A DNA stretch of 63,036 nucleotides, filler included, from Octopus bimaculoides (GCF_001194135.2; 5 parts of 5 records of this genome joined end to end with filler, not necessarily neighbours in it); one strand, 5' to 3'; shown: positions 12,847 through 26,538, numbered from the whole stretch's first letter. Notes: generated by a model not told the origin, from the letters alone. Numbers and translations: made by a program.

Positions 12847-14198
12847 GGAATACTTTAGGAATACTTTAGAATTAAGGAATGCTTTAGAACACTCAGGAAT
12901 ACTTTAGAATTAAGGAATACTTTAGAATTAAGGAATACTTTAGAACACTCGGGAATACTTTAGAATTAAGAAATACTTTAGAACACTCAGGAATACTTTA
13001 GAACACTCAGGAATACTTTAGAATTAAGGAATACTTTAGAATTAAGGAATACTTTAGAATTAAGGAATACTTTAGAACACTCAGGAATACTTTAGAATTA
13101 AGGAATACTTTAGAACACTCAGGAATACTTTAGAATCAAGGAATACTTTAGAATACTCGGGAATACTTTAGAATTAAGGAATACTTTAGAACACTCAGGA
13201 ATACTTTAGAATTAAGGAATACTTTAGAATACTCAGGAATACTTTAGAATTAAGGAATACTTTAGAACACTCGGGANNNNNNNNNNNNNNNNNNNNNNNN
13301 NNNNNNNNNNNNNNNNNNNNNNNNNNNNNNNNNNNNNNNNNNNNNNNNNNNNNNNNNNNNNNNNNNNNNNNNNNNNNNNNNNNNNNNNNNNNNNNNNNNN
13401 NNNNNNNNNNNNNNNNNNNNNNNNNNNNNNNNNNNNNNNNNNNNNNNNNNNNNNNNNNNNNNNNNNNNNNNNNNNNNNNNNNNNNNNNNNNNNNNNNNNN
13501 NNNNNNNNNNNNNNNNNNNNNNNNNNNNNNNNNNNNNNNNNNNNNNNNNNNNNNNNNNNNNNNNNNNNNNNNNNNNNNNNNNNNNNNNNNNNNNNNNNNN
13601 NNNNNNNNNNNNNNNNNNNNNNNNNNNNNNNNNNNNNNNNNNNNNNNNNNNNNNNNNNNNNNNNNNNNNNNNNNNNNNNNNNNNNNNNNNNNNNNNNNNN
13701 NNNNNNNNNNNNNNNNNNNNNNNNNNNNNNNNNNNNNNNNNNNNNNNNNNNNNNNNNNNNNNNNNNNNNNNNNNNNNNNNNNNNNNNNNNNNNNNNNNNN
13801 NNNNNNNNNNNTAGAATTAAGGAATACTTTAGAACACTCGGGAATACTTTAGAATTAAGGAGTACTTTAGACTCTCGGGAATACTTTAGAATTAAGGAAT
13901 ACTTTAGAACACTCAGGAATACTTTAGAATTAAGGAATACTTTAGAACACTCGGGAATACTTTAGAATTAAGGAATACTTTAGAACACTCAGGAATACTT
14001 TAGAATTAAGAAATACTTTAGAACACTCGAGAATACTTTAGAATTAAGGAATACTTTAGAACACTCGGGAATACTTTAGAATTAAGGAATACTTTAGACT
14101 CTCGGGAATACTTTAGAATTAAGGAATACTTTAGAACACTCAGGATTACTTTAGAATTAAGGAATACTTTAGAATACTCAGGAATACTTTAGAATTAA
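12847..14198. repeat. Two-monomer minisatellite: GGAATACTTTAGAA + TTAA (18 bp) or + CACTCA/G (20 bp)
   Basis: Directly visible tandem array spanning an N gap at 13277-13811. Confidence 0.97.
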
Positions 14199-15837
14199 GC
14201 GCAATAACATTCACAATATGTGAAGCATAGATTTTCTTTCGGTCTCTAAAAGATTTCCCGGCATCCTTTGAATACCTTATACTGAGTACACAGTATAGCG
14301 TTCATACCTGATCTTTATTACAAAGCAACGTGTTTAGTACTAAGTTTGTGTATTATACACTATTTTTACAGGTTTTCAATATTTTCAGTTGCCCTTCATA
14401 ATTTTTTAACTAAACCAATTGTCTATCACTCATTTTTATATTGTTTTCGAAATAATTGAAGTTTATTGTGGCTCCAGTTTCAAGATATGTAAACATTCCC
14501 AAATACCCATGTCTAATATTTATAATGTCTATGCATTACATTTAGCTTCATTTAAACCTCTTCTAGTTTATTATATCTCTCGACTGTAAAACGTCTTGTA
14601 AAATACTCATCTGAAATGCTTGTAAGTTAACCGACACAAGAACTGCCAAACCAGTTCTATTACACCAATTTTTATTCAGTTGTATAGCAGGAAAATCTTT
14701 TAAATCTTTTATTCGTTCACAATGAATTGCATTTGCAACTTTTCTCTTCCTTTTCTTTTTGAGGTTTTATTGCTACCCGAATCATCAGAGACATAGATTC
14801 AATATAATTTCCATTTCAACTTTTTTTTCCCGTGTCTCATAGTGAATAAGATCAATACTTGTGCCATTCATTCTATTATCACATATATTTCGATTCTGTG
14901 ACTTTGTCATGACCACATAGTTTTGGTACCATATTCAATATTATATCGAACATTAGACCAATGAATTAATATTAAATTAATAATACCTGTGAAAATACAG
15001 TAGCCAAATTGTTGAATAGATAAAAGACTGATCCAAAGATCAAACTTTCAAAGCCCAGAGATCAAAGCCTAAGTTAATTCATTGTATTTCAGGGTAGAAT
15101 GGTCAATATAGAGTTAAAAGTCTTAAACATCTGCTAAAACTATTGATACTGCAAAATTCAAAGTTTTACAATTCTTCTAGCATTAGGTTATTATTCAACT
15201 GTAATTTCTTATAACCCGGTAGAATAGAAACTATCAATATTTTACAGTTGTGTGGTTAAAACCTGAAAGAATTCCCCATTTGTAAAGAAGTAATCCTAAT
15301 AAATAATGCAAATCACCTAATTTGCAGATTCATTTAACCTTGTTAAGACGACAATCAAAGAAGTATAAGTCTACATTCTAAACATTCATAGGCAAACAGT
15401 AAATATAAAAATGTATAAAAACATTAGTAGTTTCTCAAAATAGTTAAAGCAAATATTGGAGGTGTAAGTCTTTAAATGGCATGGTAATCAGTTCAAACCA
15501 TACCACAGCCATTGCATTTATTCATCTGTTCTTGCTTTCCTGATTTATATAAACGGGAGCGAGTGGATGAGTATGTCCAATAAAGTACCTTGTTATTTTT
15601 ATACAAACTGTATCTTCCTGCGTTTGCCTCAGCAATATACTTTATTCAATGTCCACGTTTCCTCTAATCTGTATCAGAACTATTCTACGTACTTCCTATA
15701 ACTTCTATTCAGATAGATATCACCTTTTGTTTTATGTTACAACACTATCTGTGCCCAAATAAAACATTCCGCTCATTGATTACTGTCTGTAATTCGAAAA
15801 GATATAGGCTGGGCTATTTTACAACTGTAGCTGTTTT

Positions 15838-15971
15838 AGAAAAATTACTATTTGTAAATCTCACAACGAGAGATATTCAGCAACAGTACTTTGGAGTAAA
15901 GATTATTTCCCAGCATAATATTTGTCCTAAACGAGGACTGCCATGTTATGTTGGCAAATAATCTTTACTCC
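15838..15971. repeat. Foldback repeat, same family as 45008-45114
   Basis: Inverted arms 15893-15918 / 15946-15971; the long left arm is the reverse complement of 45034-45114. Confidence 0.75.
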
Positions 15972-16062
15972 AGTAGCTGTTTTGTTGTTACTGCTAATAT
16001 TGTATCATATATTGTTGCAAACATATTTGAAATGAATCTAAGTGTATGTGTGTATTTTTTAC

Positions 16063-16468
16063 TCTTTTACTCTTTTACTTGTTTCAGTTATTTGACTGCG
16101 GCCATGCTGGAACACCACTTTTAGTCGAGCAAATCGACCCCAGGACTTATTCTTTGTAAGCATAGTACTTATTTTATCGGTCTCTTTTGCCGAACCGCTA
16201 AGTTACGGGGACGTAAACACACCAGTATAGGTTCTCAAGTGATGTTGGGGGGACAAGCACAGACTCAAACACACACACACACATATATATATATACATAT
16301 GCATATATATATATATGTACGACGAGCTTCTTTCAGTTTCCGTCTACCAAATCAATTCACAAGGCTTTGGTCGGCCCGTGGATCTAGTAGAAGACACTTG
16401 CCCAAGCTGTCACGCAGTGGGATTGAACCCAGGACCATGTGGCTGGTAAGCAAGCTACGTACCACACA
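16063..16468 (-). mobile_element. SINE family A
   Basis: Homologous to 43676-44080. Confidence 0.88.
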
Positions 16469-16702
16469 TATATACAAGCCAGCAATTTCGGAGTGGGAAC
16501 ATGTCGATTATATCACTCCTTCCCCCGTGTTTAACTGATTCTTATTTCATCGATCCACGGAAGGATGAAAAGCAAAGCCAACCTCGGCAGAGTTTGGAGA
16601 ATAAATATAATGTGCATTATGATATATAATGAAAGCATGCATATATGACAGGTAACAAGAAGTCTAAGTCTTTATGAAACTGCAATAAACTGTTGCTTTT
16701 AG

Positions 16703-17400
16703 TCAGGCTCGAGCAGACAAAATGGAAAAGGAGTTACTCTGGAGGATAGCGAGGTTGATGCACTGGAACAGCTGCTCTGACTCACGAGGCTCGCATTTGC
16801 GGACAGCAATCTCCGCCTCGATATCGATGAGCAAGTATATGACCCGACCAAGAACGCCAGAGAATTGAACTACCGCAGGTTCGAACATAAACCTACCGTT
16901 TTTTCTCAACCTGACAAGCAGCAGAGCCTGGACTGGTAGATGACAACACCAAGTTGCCGCTGGTGAAGGTGTCACAACATGTGGCCTCCGAGACGAAAGG
17001 ACCTACCACCACGGAACTGGAAAATCGTTATACTGCCCGCCCTTTTACTATCCCCGCTGGCTCGAGCCGGGAAGGGAAGCCTGCAGCGTCTAGGCCCTCC
17101 ATTATAATATTGTTAACGGTGGCATGGAGTGGAAGGCACCCAGCACTATGAACGGTTGTGGGTGAAGGGCGAAAGAATCCACTGTGGATCCACATCGGCA
17201 TACCATCAGGCTCGCAGATATGAAGACCAAACCTCAAGAAAACGCCAATGCACACGCAGTCACTATCAAGTTGAATACTACATGGGAGTAATGGTACCAC
17301 ATTGAGCCAGGCTCATTTGTGAGGCTCGGAGGCTGGGCGGAATCATGCCAGTGAAGTTCGGAGCGCTAGCTCATCCGTGGTCTCAATTTGTAACCATGAG
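16703..17400 (-). mobile_element. CRE-clade non-LTR retrotransposon relic (zinc-knuckle and restriction-like endonuclease region)
   Basis: LRFGLHICEP...SAGCLPLHATVNNIIMEGLDAAGFPSRLEPAGI, then FMFEPAVVQFSGVLG...RESEQLFQCINLAILQSNSFSIL. These match the CRE motifs LRLG..IC.PH, RH..LN.II...L..AG.PS.LEP and LFQR.S.AIQRGNA. Confidence 0.82.
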
Positions 17401-18195
17401 ATTACTCCCGTGGTTTCAAAAAGATGACAAACCGCTATGACTAGTTTCTTAAATGAAAGATTTGTATAAAGTTCCCCGTTACCATTTTCAATAGGCATTA
17501 TATTAACTGTGCTTCAGGCGGCCAACTAGCAGAATGATTAGTACGCCGGACAAAATGCGTGGTGGTATTTGGCCCGTTGCTACGTTCTAAGTTCAAATTT
17601 CGCAGAAGTAGACTTTACCTTTCATCCTTTCGGGGATCGATCAATTAAGTAAAATCAAGAAAACCAAGGCCTTGTGCCTATAATAGAAAGGATTATATTA
17701 ATTGTGCTTAAAGCGGTGAACTGGCAGAGTCGGTTAGTACGCCGGACAAAATGCTTAGCGGTATTTCGTCCGTCTTTACGTTCTGAGTCCAAATTGCACC
17801 GAGGTCGACTTTACCTTTCATTCATTCGGAGTCGATAAAGTAGGTACCAGTTACGCACTAGGGTCGATGTAATCTACTTAGCCCCTCTCCCGAACCGAAA
17901 TTGCTGGCCTTGCTCCAAAGTTTGAAGCCATTATTTCATTTGTGTCTGCAAACAACACAATCGTTAATAATACATTACTTCGATTCCTCACAGTTAAGTG
18001 ATGTGCCTGCCAATTCTAAACGCTTACATACTAAACAAAGTGCTAACAGGACTTAAGTACGTTGGAGATGGATGATTCCAGTAACAGGTCGAAAGCCTTT
18101 AACTTAGATGTCTGACTCATTGACGTAGATAAAACTCTCTTTCTAAATTCATATACTTTTTAAAATGTACTACACACACACACACACACATACAG

Positions 18196-18242
<47 letters not shown>

Positions 18243-18290
18243 NNNNNNNNNNTTTTAAAATGTACTACACACACACACACACACATACAG

Positions 18291-18338
<48 letters not shown>

Positions 18339-18892
18339 CCGCCACATATATTATTAGACGGAAAATACAGGGTGACTCATTGAAAGTGGCTTGTCAGTCG
18401 GTAAAAACAAAAGTTGGAAGAAAGCATAAGATATTTTAAGTGCTGAAATGTATCATAAACGAAGATGAATGCTATAAAAGTCGGAGAAAAATTTTACGAA
18501 GTAAGAACGTTAAAAGCAAATGAGTGTGAAGACAAACAATTGGATATAAATGACAAAAACATTAGCCTAATGAATAATGAATAATAATGATAATAAATCT
18601 ATATGATAAATCATAGATCTATACATGGCTAATGTATTCAAGAAAAGGGAGACAAACGTACATACTTAATCACATGCATACACGCATATGCACGTACATG
18701 CACATATACATACAGCTGTATATATATTCATAATTAAGGGTATCTTAAAGATACCATCATACTAGAGATAGCAGTCAAAACTTGACCCTAAAACCACATC
18801 AAATATTCAAAATATATAATTGTTGGAATTTACAGAAAAACAAAAGACGAAGACAGGTGTATAAACAACAAACAGGGAAGGTGAAAAAGTAT

Positions 18893-18925
18893 TTTACGTT
18901 TCGAGCCTACGCTCTTCAACAGAAA
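18893..18925 (-). ncRNA. Variant hammerhead-like motif (core A6 replaced by U)
   Basis: - strand TTT-CTGTTGA-A-GAGC-GTAG-GCTC-GAAAC-GTA-AA. Confidence 0.4.
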
Positions 18926-20627
18926 GGAACACGAGGCAATAAACAGAGGAAGAATAAAAAAAGTTTTTAGAGCTAGCGGTCAATCATGGCGGCTGATATA
19001 TATATATATANNNNNNNNNNNNNNNNNNNNNNNNNNNNNNNNNNNNNNNNNNNNNNNNNNNNNNNNNNNNNNNNNNNNNNNNNNNNNNNNNNNNNNNNNN
19101 NNNNNNNNNNNNNNNNNNNNNNNNNNNNNNNNNNNNNNNNNNNNNNNNNNNNNNNNNNNNNNNNNNNNNNNNNNNNNNNNNNNNNNNTTTTTTTTTTTTA
19201 CCATTAAGCTGTAATTAGCAGAACCATATGCACGCGCACCAATGGCGGTGGGCAACTCTGTATACGATTCTGATGATTACGGTCCATTACAAATCAGGCT
19301 GATGAGGAATAGACAAATGGTAAGAATTTGTTAAATCCGAAACTAGTTCCTGTTTAATAAGATGTGATCTATTTCTAGCGCATTAATTGTCCACGTTAGT
19401 GGTCGACGTTATTTTTTAAAATGTACCTTAATCCCCTGAGATTGCAGATAATATTTCTGAATCTCTTTGATTCTTTAGATGTGCTGGCCTACTGATAATT
19501 AATCGATATTAATTAATATACGACTAGTTACCAGATTTTATAATTATATATATACATATGTATATATATATATCACGTTGTGTTCTTGAGCAAAACACTT
19601 CATTTCACGTTGCTCCAGTCCACTCAGCTGGCAAAAATGAGTAACGCTGCGATGGACTGGAGTCCCGTCCAGCTGGTAACACATACGCCATAGAAACCGG
19701 AGAACCGGGCCCATGAGCCTGGCTAGGCTTTAAAAAGGGCGCATTTATTTTATTATATACGTATATTCTTTCATTTGATTCAGTCATTTGACAGCAGCCC
19801 TCAGGACTTATTCTTCGTAAGCCTTGTACTTGCAGAACCGCTAAGTCACAAGGACGTAAACACACCAAAATCGGTTGTCAAGTAATTGTGGGAGTGAACA
19901 AACACAAACACACAAATATATACAGTGACACTGAACCCGGTACCATGTGGTTGGGAAGCAAGCTTCTCACCACACCTGTGTGTGCGTGTGTATATATATG
20001 TGTAAACACTCATAGATGTTCGCTCACAAACGCATACGGTTAGGTTTATAAAAAGTGTTCTATGGTTTTAGCAGTGTTTCTTTCTTCGTTTGAAATCTGC
20101 TGAGATACTGCTTCGCAATTTTGCGATTTTTAAAGCCCGAAGGAATGCGCAGAGATGAGTAACTTAGATTAGCGAGATGGAGAGGGGAAAAAGAGCGCCC
20201 AGAGAGAGAGAAAAAAGAAAGAGTGGTGTGTGTGTGTGTGTGTGACCGAGGAGGAGGAAGAGAAAGAGAGAGGGAGAGAGAAATCAATGCCAAAATACTA
20301 AAACAAGATTTTGCGCAGAAAATGCAGGTTCAAGTATTTCTAATTTTATTGCTCTTAGAAATACTAAAATGCAATGAAGAGTACTTATTAGGCGAATGGA
20401 ATGACAGCTTCTTTCAAATGCTTGTATTCATTATCAAATATTTACCATTTTAAAACCTAACCTTTAAATGAAGTTGGCTACAAATAAAAATTATTATAAC
20501 TGCAGAGTTTGTCTAAATTTATGACAGAAAAATATACAGAAAAACCAATAAATTTCAAACCACTGAAATAAATGACGCGTATGTGTTTAGGTAGATTGCT
20601 GCAAGGAAAATCTTTACTAAGATGATA

Positions 20628-20774
20628 TTCTTCTTCTTCTTCTTCTTCTTCTTCTTCTTCTTCTTCTTCTTCTTCTTCTTCTTCTTCTTCTTCTTCTTCT
20701 TCTTCTTCTTCTTCTTCTTCTTCTTCTTCTTCTTCTTCTTCTTCTTCTTCTTCTTCTTCTTCTTCTTCTTCTTC
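20628..20774. repeat. Perfect (TTC)49 / (GAA)49 triplet repeat
   Basis: 147 nt uninterrupted. Confidence 0.97.
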
Positions 20775-21289
20775 AATGGCAATTGAACTAAAAGTACGAA
20801 GTGTCGCTTCAGATTAAGTTTAAACGTAAGTAATACATAAAGCAGTGCAAAGTTTACTGCTTAAAAAATAGTTGAGTGGTTTGTTTTATAGGGAAGCTTG
20901 GTGATAATCGTTCCTTAAACCTTTTGTGACTGGTGAAATCGATGTAGTTGATGGTTCCTTTCAAAAGCTCCACGTAAAGGGCAGAGGAAAATCATGAGTA
21001 GATTGAGAATTGCAATAAGATAGCCAAAGATGTGATAAAAAAACCCATCCAGATCTGATGAGTGGAAGCCATTGTAGAAGCGGTAAAAAAAGAAATGCAC
21101 AGGGGACATAATACAAATGGTGGACACTGTCAGGAAGAACTGCATGTGTAACAGCAGCTGCATCCTTACATCATCACTTCGACCATAGAATTAGGTAGCA
21201 TTGAAGAATTAATGTTTTGTAAATTGCTTTAGTCTTGAATATATGAAATTACTATGGCTGTCTATTGTCACTTTACGTCCACGGCTTCG

Positions 21290-21830
21290 TCACTCCTGAT
21301 GGAGGAACGCCTCACTGGACACCTTTCACCGCTATCTGTCTCTGGCCAGTCGTGGCCATGTAGGCTCCAGATAGCGAGTGAGATCATCTTGCCACCTTGT
21401 CTTTAGTCGGCCTCTTCCTCTTGTCCATTGTCTAGGTGTCCATTCTGTCACTCTGATTCTCCATTTGTTGTCTTTCAGTCGCACGATGTGGCCAGCACAT
21501 CTATATTTGTCCTCCTCGGTGGTTCATATGATATCGTTGTCTCTCGTTCATATCCTGGCGTTGGCCTTCTTATTCCGCAATGCAATGCGGCGTGTAATTC
21601 GTTGCATTTTCCTTTGCATTGCAATGTGGGTGTTCATGATGGTAGTGTTGAGAGTTCATGTTTTACTGCTGTAAATCATCACTGGTAGGGTGAACTCGTT
21701 GAAGAAGCCTTGGAACTTTTCATGAAGGTTTCCACCTTCCTAAATCCACCCAACCAATCATTATTTTTCTCTTGATCTCCGGGAGGAAATTTCCGTCTTT
21801 CGCCACCAACTTTCCCAGGTAAACGTAGTA
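21290..21830 (-). mobile_element. RTE-clade LINE 3' relic
   Basis: LPVMIYSSKT*TL...AMQRKMQR...KYRCAGHIVRLKDNKWRIRVTEWTPRQWTRGRGRLKTRWQDDL, the typical RTE post-RT region. Confidence 0.88.
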
Positions 21831-22468
21831 TGAAAGTAAACACCAGAATTATACCATTATTTGTTCATTCTATCTCATGAATTTGTTTTTAGTTGATTTC
21901 TCTATTCATACACACGCAATAAAATATTCTGTATTGATTTCAGTCGTGCTTTACGCATAAACCTACTCAAATGCACCCGTTTTACTTTCGTTATCTGAAT
22001 ATTATTATAGAATATTTTAGGATAATTTCTCAAATGCCATTCGATATTCGGGGACGTGAAACTCAACAGTACAACATTTGAAATTTCAGGTTTATTGAAT
22101 ATTCCGAGACTCTACACTATATGTATATGTGGATGGGTGTGAACACGAGCACGTGTGACACAAGTGCATTCGTAAGTTTCATGACATGATGGGTCTGCAT
22201 GGGGGAAGTTCTCCTCACAGGAAATTATTTTTATAAAGACACCAGTTGCTCATACACACAGATTTCTCCTTTCAATGCCAGCTTTGGTGTCAAAGATCCT
22301 CAAAGCATGGAACCGTTACCGTTGCTAACGTTACCGGTACAAGGCAACATACTGAAACACACATATAACACAATGCATTTTTGCAATGCACTCCTGTCGC
22401 TCTCTATATTTCTCTCGTGCTCTCTCGCTCCCTCTCTCTTTCACTGTATTATACACACACAACACATA

Positions 22469-22507
<39 letters not shown>

Positions 22508-23520
22508 AAAAAATTAAAGGTGTTTTCGTTAGAGTGACACAAATCAATATGTATGCGCTCTCTACGCCCACCTCCGGCTCGAATTACAATTTCCATTATC
22601 TTCTGCTTGTCCATTTTCTCATTGAAACACAAATCTGAACCTTCCAAATCCATATCCTCTCTAATTTTGTTCGCAATCCTTTTTCGCGATTTTTAAGCAA
22701 GCAGTTATCCCCGAAGCCGCTTATAATCCCCATATATCCACATTTACACAACTAAGAACTTTTAAATATGCTTGGCCTAGACGTAACAACGACACTACCA
22801 ACAGAACCAGCTCCAAATCACAGAACGACAGCCTCTGATGCATAACTACATCGTTTGCAAAGTTTACAGAATTTTATTTATATTGGTGAAGCAGGTTGTC
22901 AACTCACCAACGTCTTTCAAAAATACAGTCTTAATATTCTACTACGTATGCAGCTAACCCGTCGCCAACTACTTCAACACAATGGCTTCTTCAATACGCG
23001 TTTATAGTGGCAGCATCTTTTTTGCAGCATGTGATCTACACACTAAAAGCAGCGTGAAGAAAAACGCGACACATTCAAACGTGGAACAATGGCACCGATA
23101 AGCTTACTTGAATGCTTTTCCTTCTCACCCTCCTCACCCAATACGATAATTCCAGATTTATCCTTCAGCTTTCAATCTCTTCTAACTTTCCCTGTCCTTA
23201 AATGCCACCCAGCTTCATTTCATTTTATTTTTGCATTTTTCCTTCCTTATTATTCGCTCAGTAGGTTTCTCTCTCCCACTACTTCCTGTCTACGACGCAC
23301 TCCCACGTGATCTTCTGTTCTTAGTCAGTTACTGCCGGCCATCCACAAATATGTAAAGAAGACGTAAAGCTTTGGTGCCTCTTTTTCATCGTCATCCCAA
23401 TCCTATGGAAGGATCTGTCAGAATCTGTCGGAATCTCCTCTTCCTGTGGCTATAAGTAATTTTTCTTTTACATTATACATACATACGTACATACGTACCT
23501 GCACACATATACATACATAC

Positions 23521-23602
<82 letters not shown>

Positions 23603-23607
<5 letters not shown>

Positions 23608-23862
23608 GTTGCTATTATGTTAAACTGTCGTATGTCCAAAGTTGGCCAAATGCGTTTTTTTCTATATTTATTTTAGTTTGCAGTAGCCGGTTCTTTTGGT
23701 CCAAAAACTGTCGTATCTCCAGCCGCTTCAGATGCTAAGGTATCAAAAATTGTCAAAGTGTAATACAACAGCTTTGCTATGGAATGGTGAAGCCATTTTA
23801 TCCTTTTCTGACATAAGCAACGTTTTGGACTTATAACACATTTGCATAATAGCAACGACATT
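23603..23862. repeat. Small MITE-like element between (TA)n tracts
   Basis: ATGTCGTTGCTATTATG...TCCAAA at 23603-23640 recurs inverted at about 23825-23862. Confidence 0.65.
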
Positions 23863-23901
<39 letters not shown>

Positions 23902-23931
23902 GCATAAGTACGTACATACACACACGCACAT

Positions 23932-23983
<52 letters not shown>

Positions 23984-24622
23984 TCATGTGGATATGTATG
24001 TTTGTACGACAGTATCTATAAGCAGAGAAAAAGCATGCTTGCCTTAACAGCATATTGTAAACTTCTGTACATTATAAACATATACTAAAGAATTTCTAAG
24101 CATCCACACATGCGCACACAGCGAAAATTATGTTTTTTCGAAGAATATATATATACCTTTCCGAGCGGCCAAGTAAACGTATGAGCTCAAAGGAATGATT
24201 GGAAATATTCCAAGAAATTATGCCAAGCCTCTCAGTGCTAAGCTAATAAATCAAAGAAGTTCTTGATAATCATTAGCTCTGTGCTGCCTTGATAGAATTG
24301 TTTTTTTGCAGAATGAAAGTATATAAATATTGATTGCATTTCATATAGGCGCCTCCTTCCAATATCTGTGGAGGGCTGATTTGGGGAATGCATACGTTCT
24401 TGAAATTTTTTTTCAACTGAAAAAAAAAATCTATGAATTTGACTAAGAGCTAATTCAAAAGATATTCATAAAAAGATAGTCGTATTGACAAAAAAAAAAA
24501 CTCTCAGCAACTTCCCTACATTTATCTGCATGAAGAATTTCCGAGATTAAGGAAGTAATCTTCACTCTCTAAAAAAAAAAATGAATATGAATTAATAAAA
24601 CAAAAAATATAAATATATGTGA

Positions 24623-24703
<81 letters not shown>

Positions 24704-26177
24704 AAAATATCAAACAAACTAATAAACTCCATAAATAAGGTTTAACATTATATATATATATATATATATCAATATAAAATGTTATTCCAAGGTCAAATAT
24801 TTAAGGCGAACCGCACTATTACTGTTTCACATTCTTCTGTTCCAAGAATAAACAAAATAATGTAAAAAGTTGTTGCTGTTGTTGTTGTTGCTTCTGCTGC
24901 TTCTGTTACTGCTGCTGCTGCTGCTACTACTGCTACTACTACTTAGTTGCATAGTTCGTGTCAACCTTGATTGGTAATGTGTCCTTTATTTCATTCTTGA
25001 ACAGAACAGAGATATTTGGCTGCTATTTTTGCAAGTGAAATGAGAAGGAAATTCTGTTGTTGACTCATTATGCATGAGTCATAAACGAAAGTTTCACGTA
25101 ATCACGATGATAATTACTCCTCACACTGCTCTGATAATCATCTCCTCCTCCTCCTCCTCCTCCTCCTTCTCTTTCTCATCATCATCATCGTCATTATGAT
25201 CATCATCACCATAATCATCATCATCAACGTTTTACATCTGTTTTCCATGGATCATGAAGTTTGACAGATTCCAACGAGTCAGCGGACACCTCTTACTCCG
25301 ATGTCTCTTTTTTCACATGGTTTTTACGGTTAGATGATTTTCCTAATGTCAGCCACTTCACAGAGGGTACTGTCGACTTTTTCTTGGTACCAGCGTTGGT
25401 GAGGTCACCTTGTAGCTTGGAAAACAAAAGAGGTCCCGCATTACGAGAGGAGATAAGGGGATGATTATTTAAGCGAGATGATGAGAAGCTAAAGCATGAT
25501 GGGAAGAACAGTTTTATTGTTGACAAAAGGCTTTTAGCAGAAAAGGTGCAAGAGAAAGGAAATAGGAATTGTTGTGTCTTACCAACCCATGAGAATGAGT
25601 TTAAAAACCAAATGAAGGAGAGCGGGCTAAGCCGAGGAAAAAGACTTAGAGCTCGACTCGATATGGATGGGTAGAAAGATGTCAATGTCGTGTTTGTAAT
25701 TGTTCATCGTCTGCTACTCTTCATTGTCTCTTTCAAACACCTTCTTTCTCTTCCCTTTTCTATCTCTATTTCTTTTAGTTTTCTTTCGATTTTCGTTTCT
25801 TATTCTAGCTTTTTCTGTTCTTCTCTCTCTTCTCCCTCGCTCTCTCTTTTCTCTTCGTTTCCTTCTTTTCTTCTTGCTACTCTCCTGTATTTTTGTTTTT
25901 CGTTTCCTTTCTACATCTTCTTTTTTTCGACTGTCTTCCTTTCCTCTTATATCTCTAACCCTTCCTTTAGCATACTTGTTTCCCCATCATCACACCATAT
26001 AACTACAAAAATTATAACAATCTATGAATGTGTTAGTCCCAAGAATATTCCTGTTATAGAGTAGCAAGAGAGTGAGTCGACCGAAATAAAATATTAATCT
26101 TTACCAAGACATAGAGTACTCTTTCTCCAACAGTTAGCACTAAACGTGCATATATTAAAAATATAAATAAATATTTA

Positions 26178-26233
<56 letters not shown>

Positions 26234-26237
26234 GCTA

Positions 26238-26270
<33 letters not shown>

Positions 26271-26438
26271 ATATATATATATACATACACATATATATGC
26301 ATATGTATATATATTATATGATATATATATATATTATATGGTATATTTAATATACATATATATTATATGATATATATATTCTCACGGTGGTGCACCAGCA
26401 TGACCGCAGCCACTTGGCTGAAACACATAAATAAAATA

Positions 26439-26538
26439 NNNNNNNNNNNNNNNNNNNNNNNNNNNNNNNNNNNNNNNNNNNNTTAATTAATTAANNNNNN
26501 NNNNNNNNNNNNNNNNNNNNNNNNNNNNNNNNNNNNNN
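26439..26538. other. Artificial join: 44 N + TTAATTAATTAA + 44 N
   Basis: Exactly 100 bp; identical at four places; has stops in all six frames. Confidence 0.95.

Noticed and set aside
12847-14198. CRISPR-like array
   Set aside because: The spacers are only two fixed 4-6 nt variants, not unique sequences; eukaryotic context and no cas genes
10700-15500. Possible decayed LRR/TIR (Toll-like) coding relic on the - strand (fragments such as LQLNNNLML, LDCGLCSWF, ENDFEA, DWFEIE)
   Set aside because: Only 4-6 residue resemblances in stop-riddled frames with imperfect spacing; not supportable without a frameshift-aware HMM search
20555-20782. Poly-lysine ORF
   Set aside because: It is the translation of the (GAA)n microsatellite, with a non-ATG start
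25293-25470. Possible - strand exon LQGDLTNAGTKKKSTVPSVKW…
   Set aside because: Weak AAG acceptor, no homology recognised, adjacent to repeat-derived sequence
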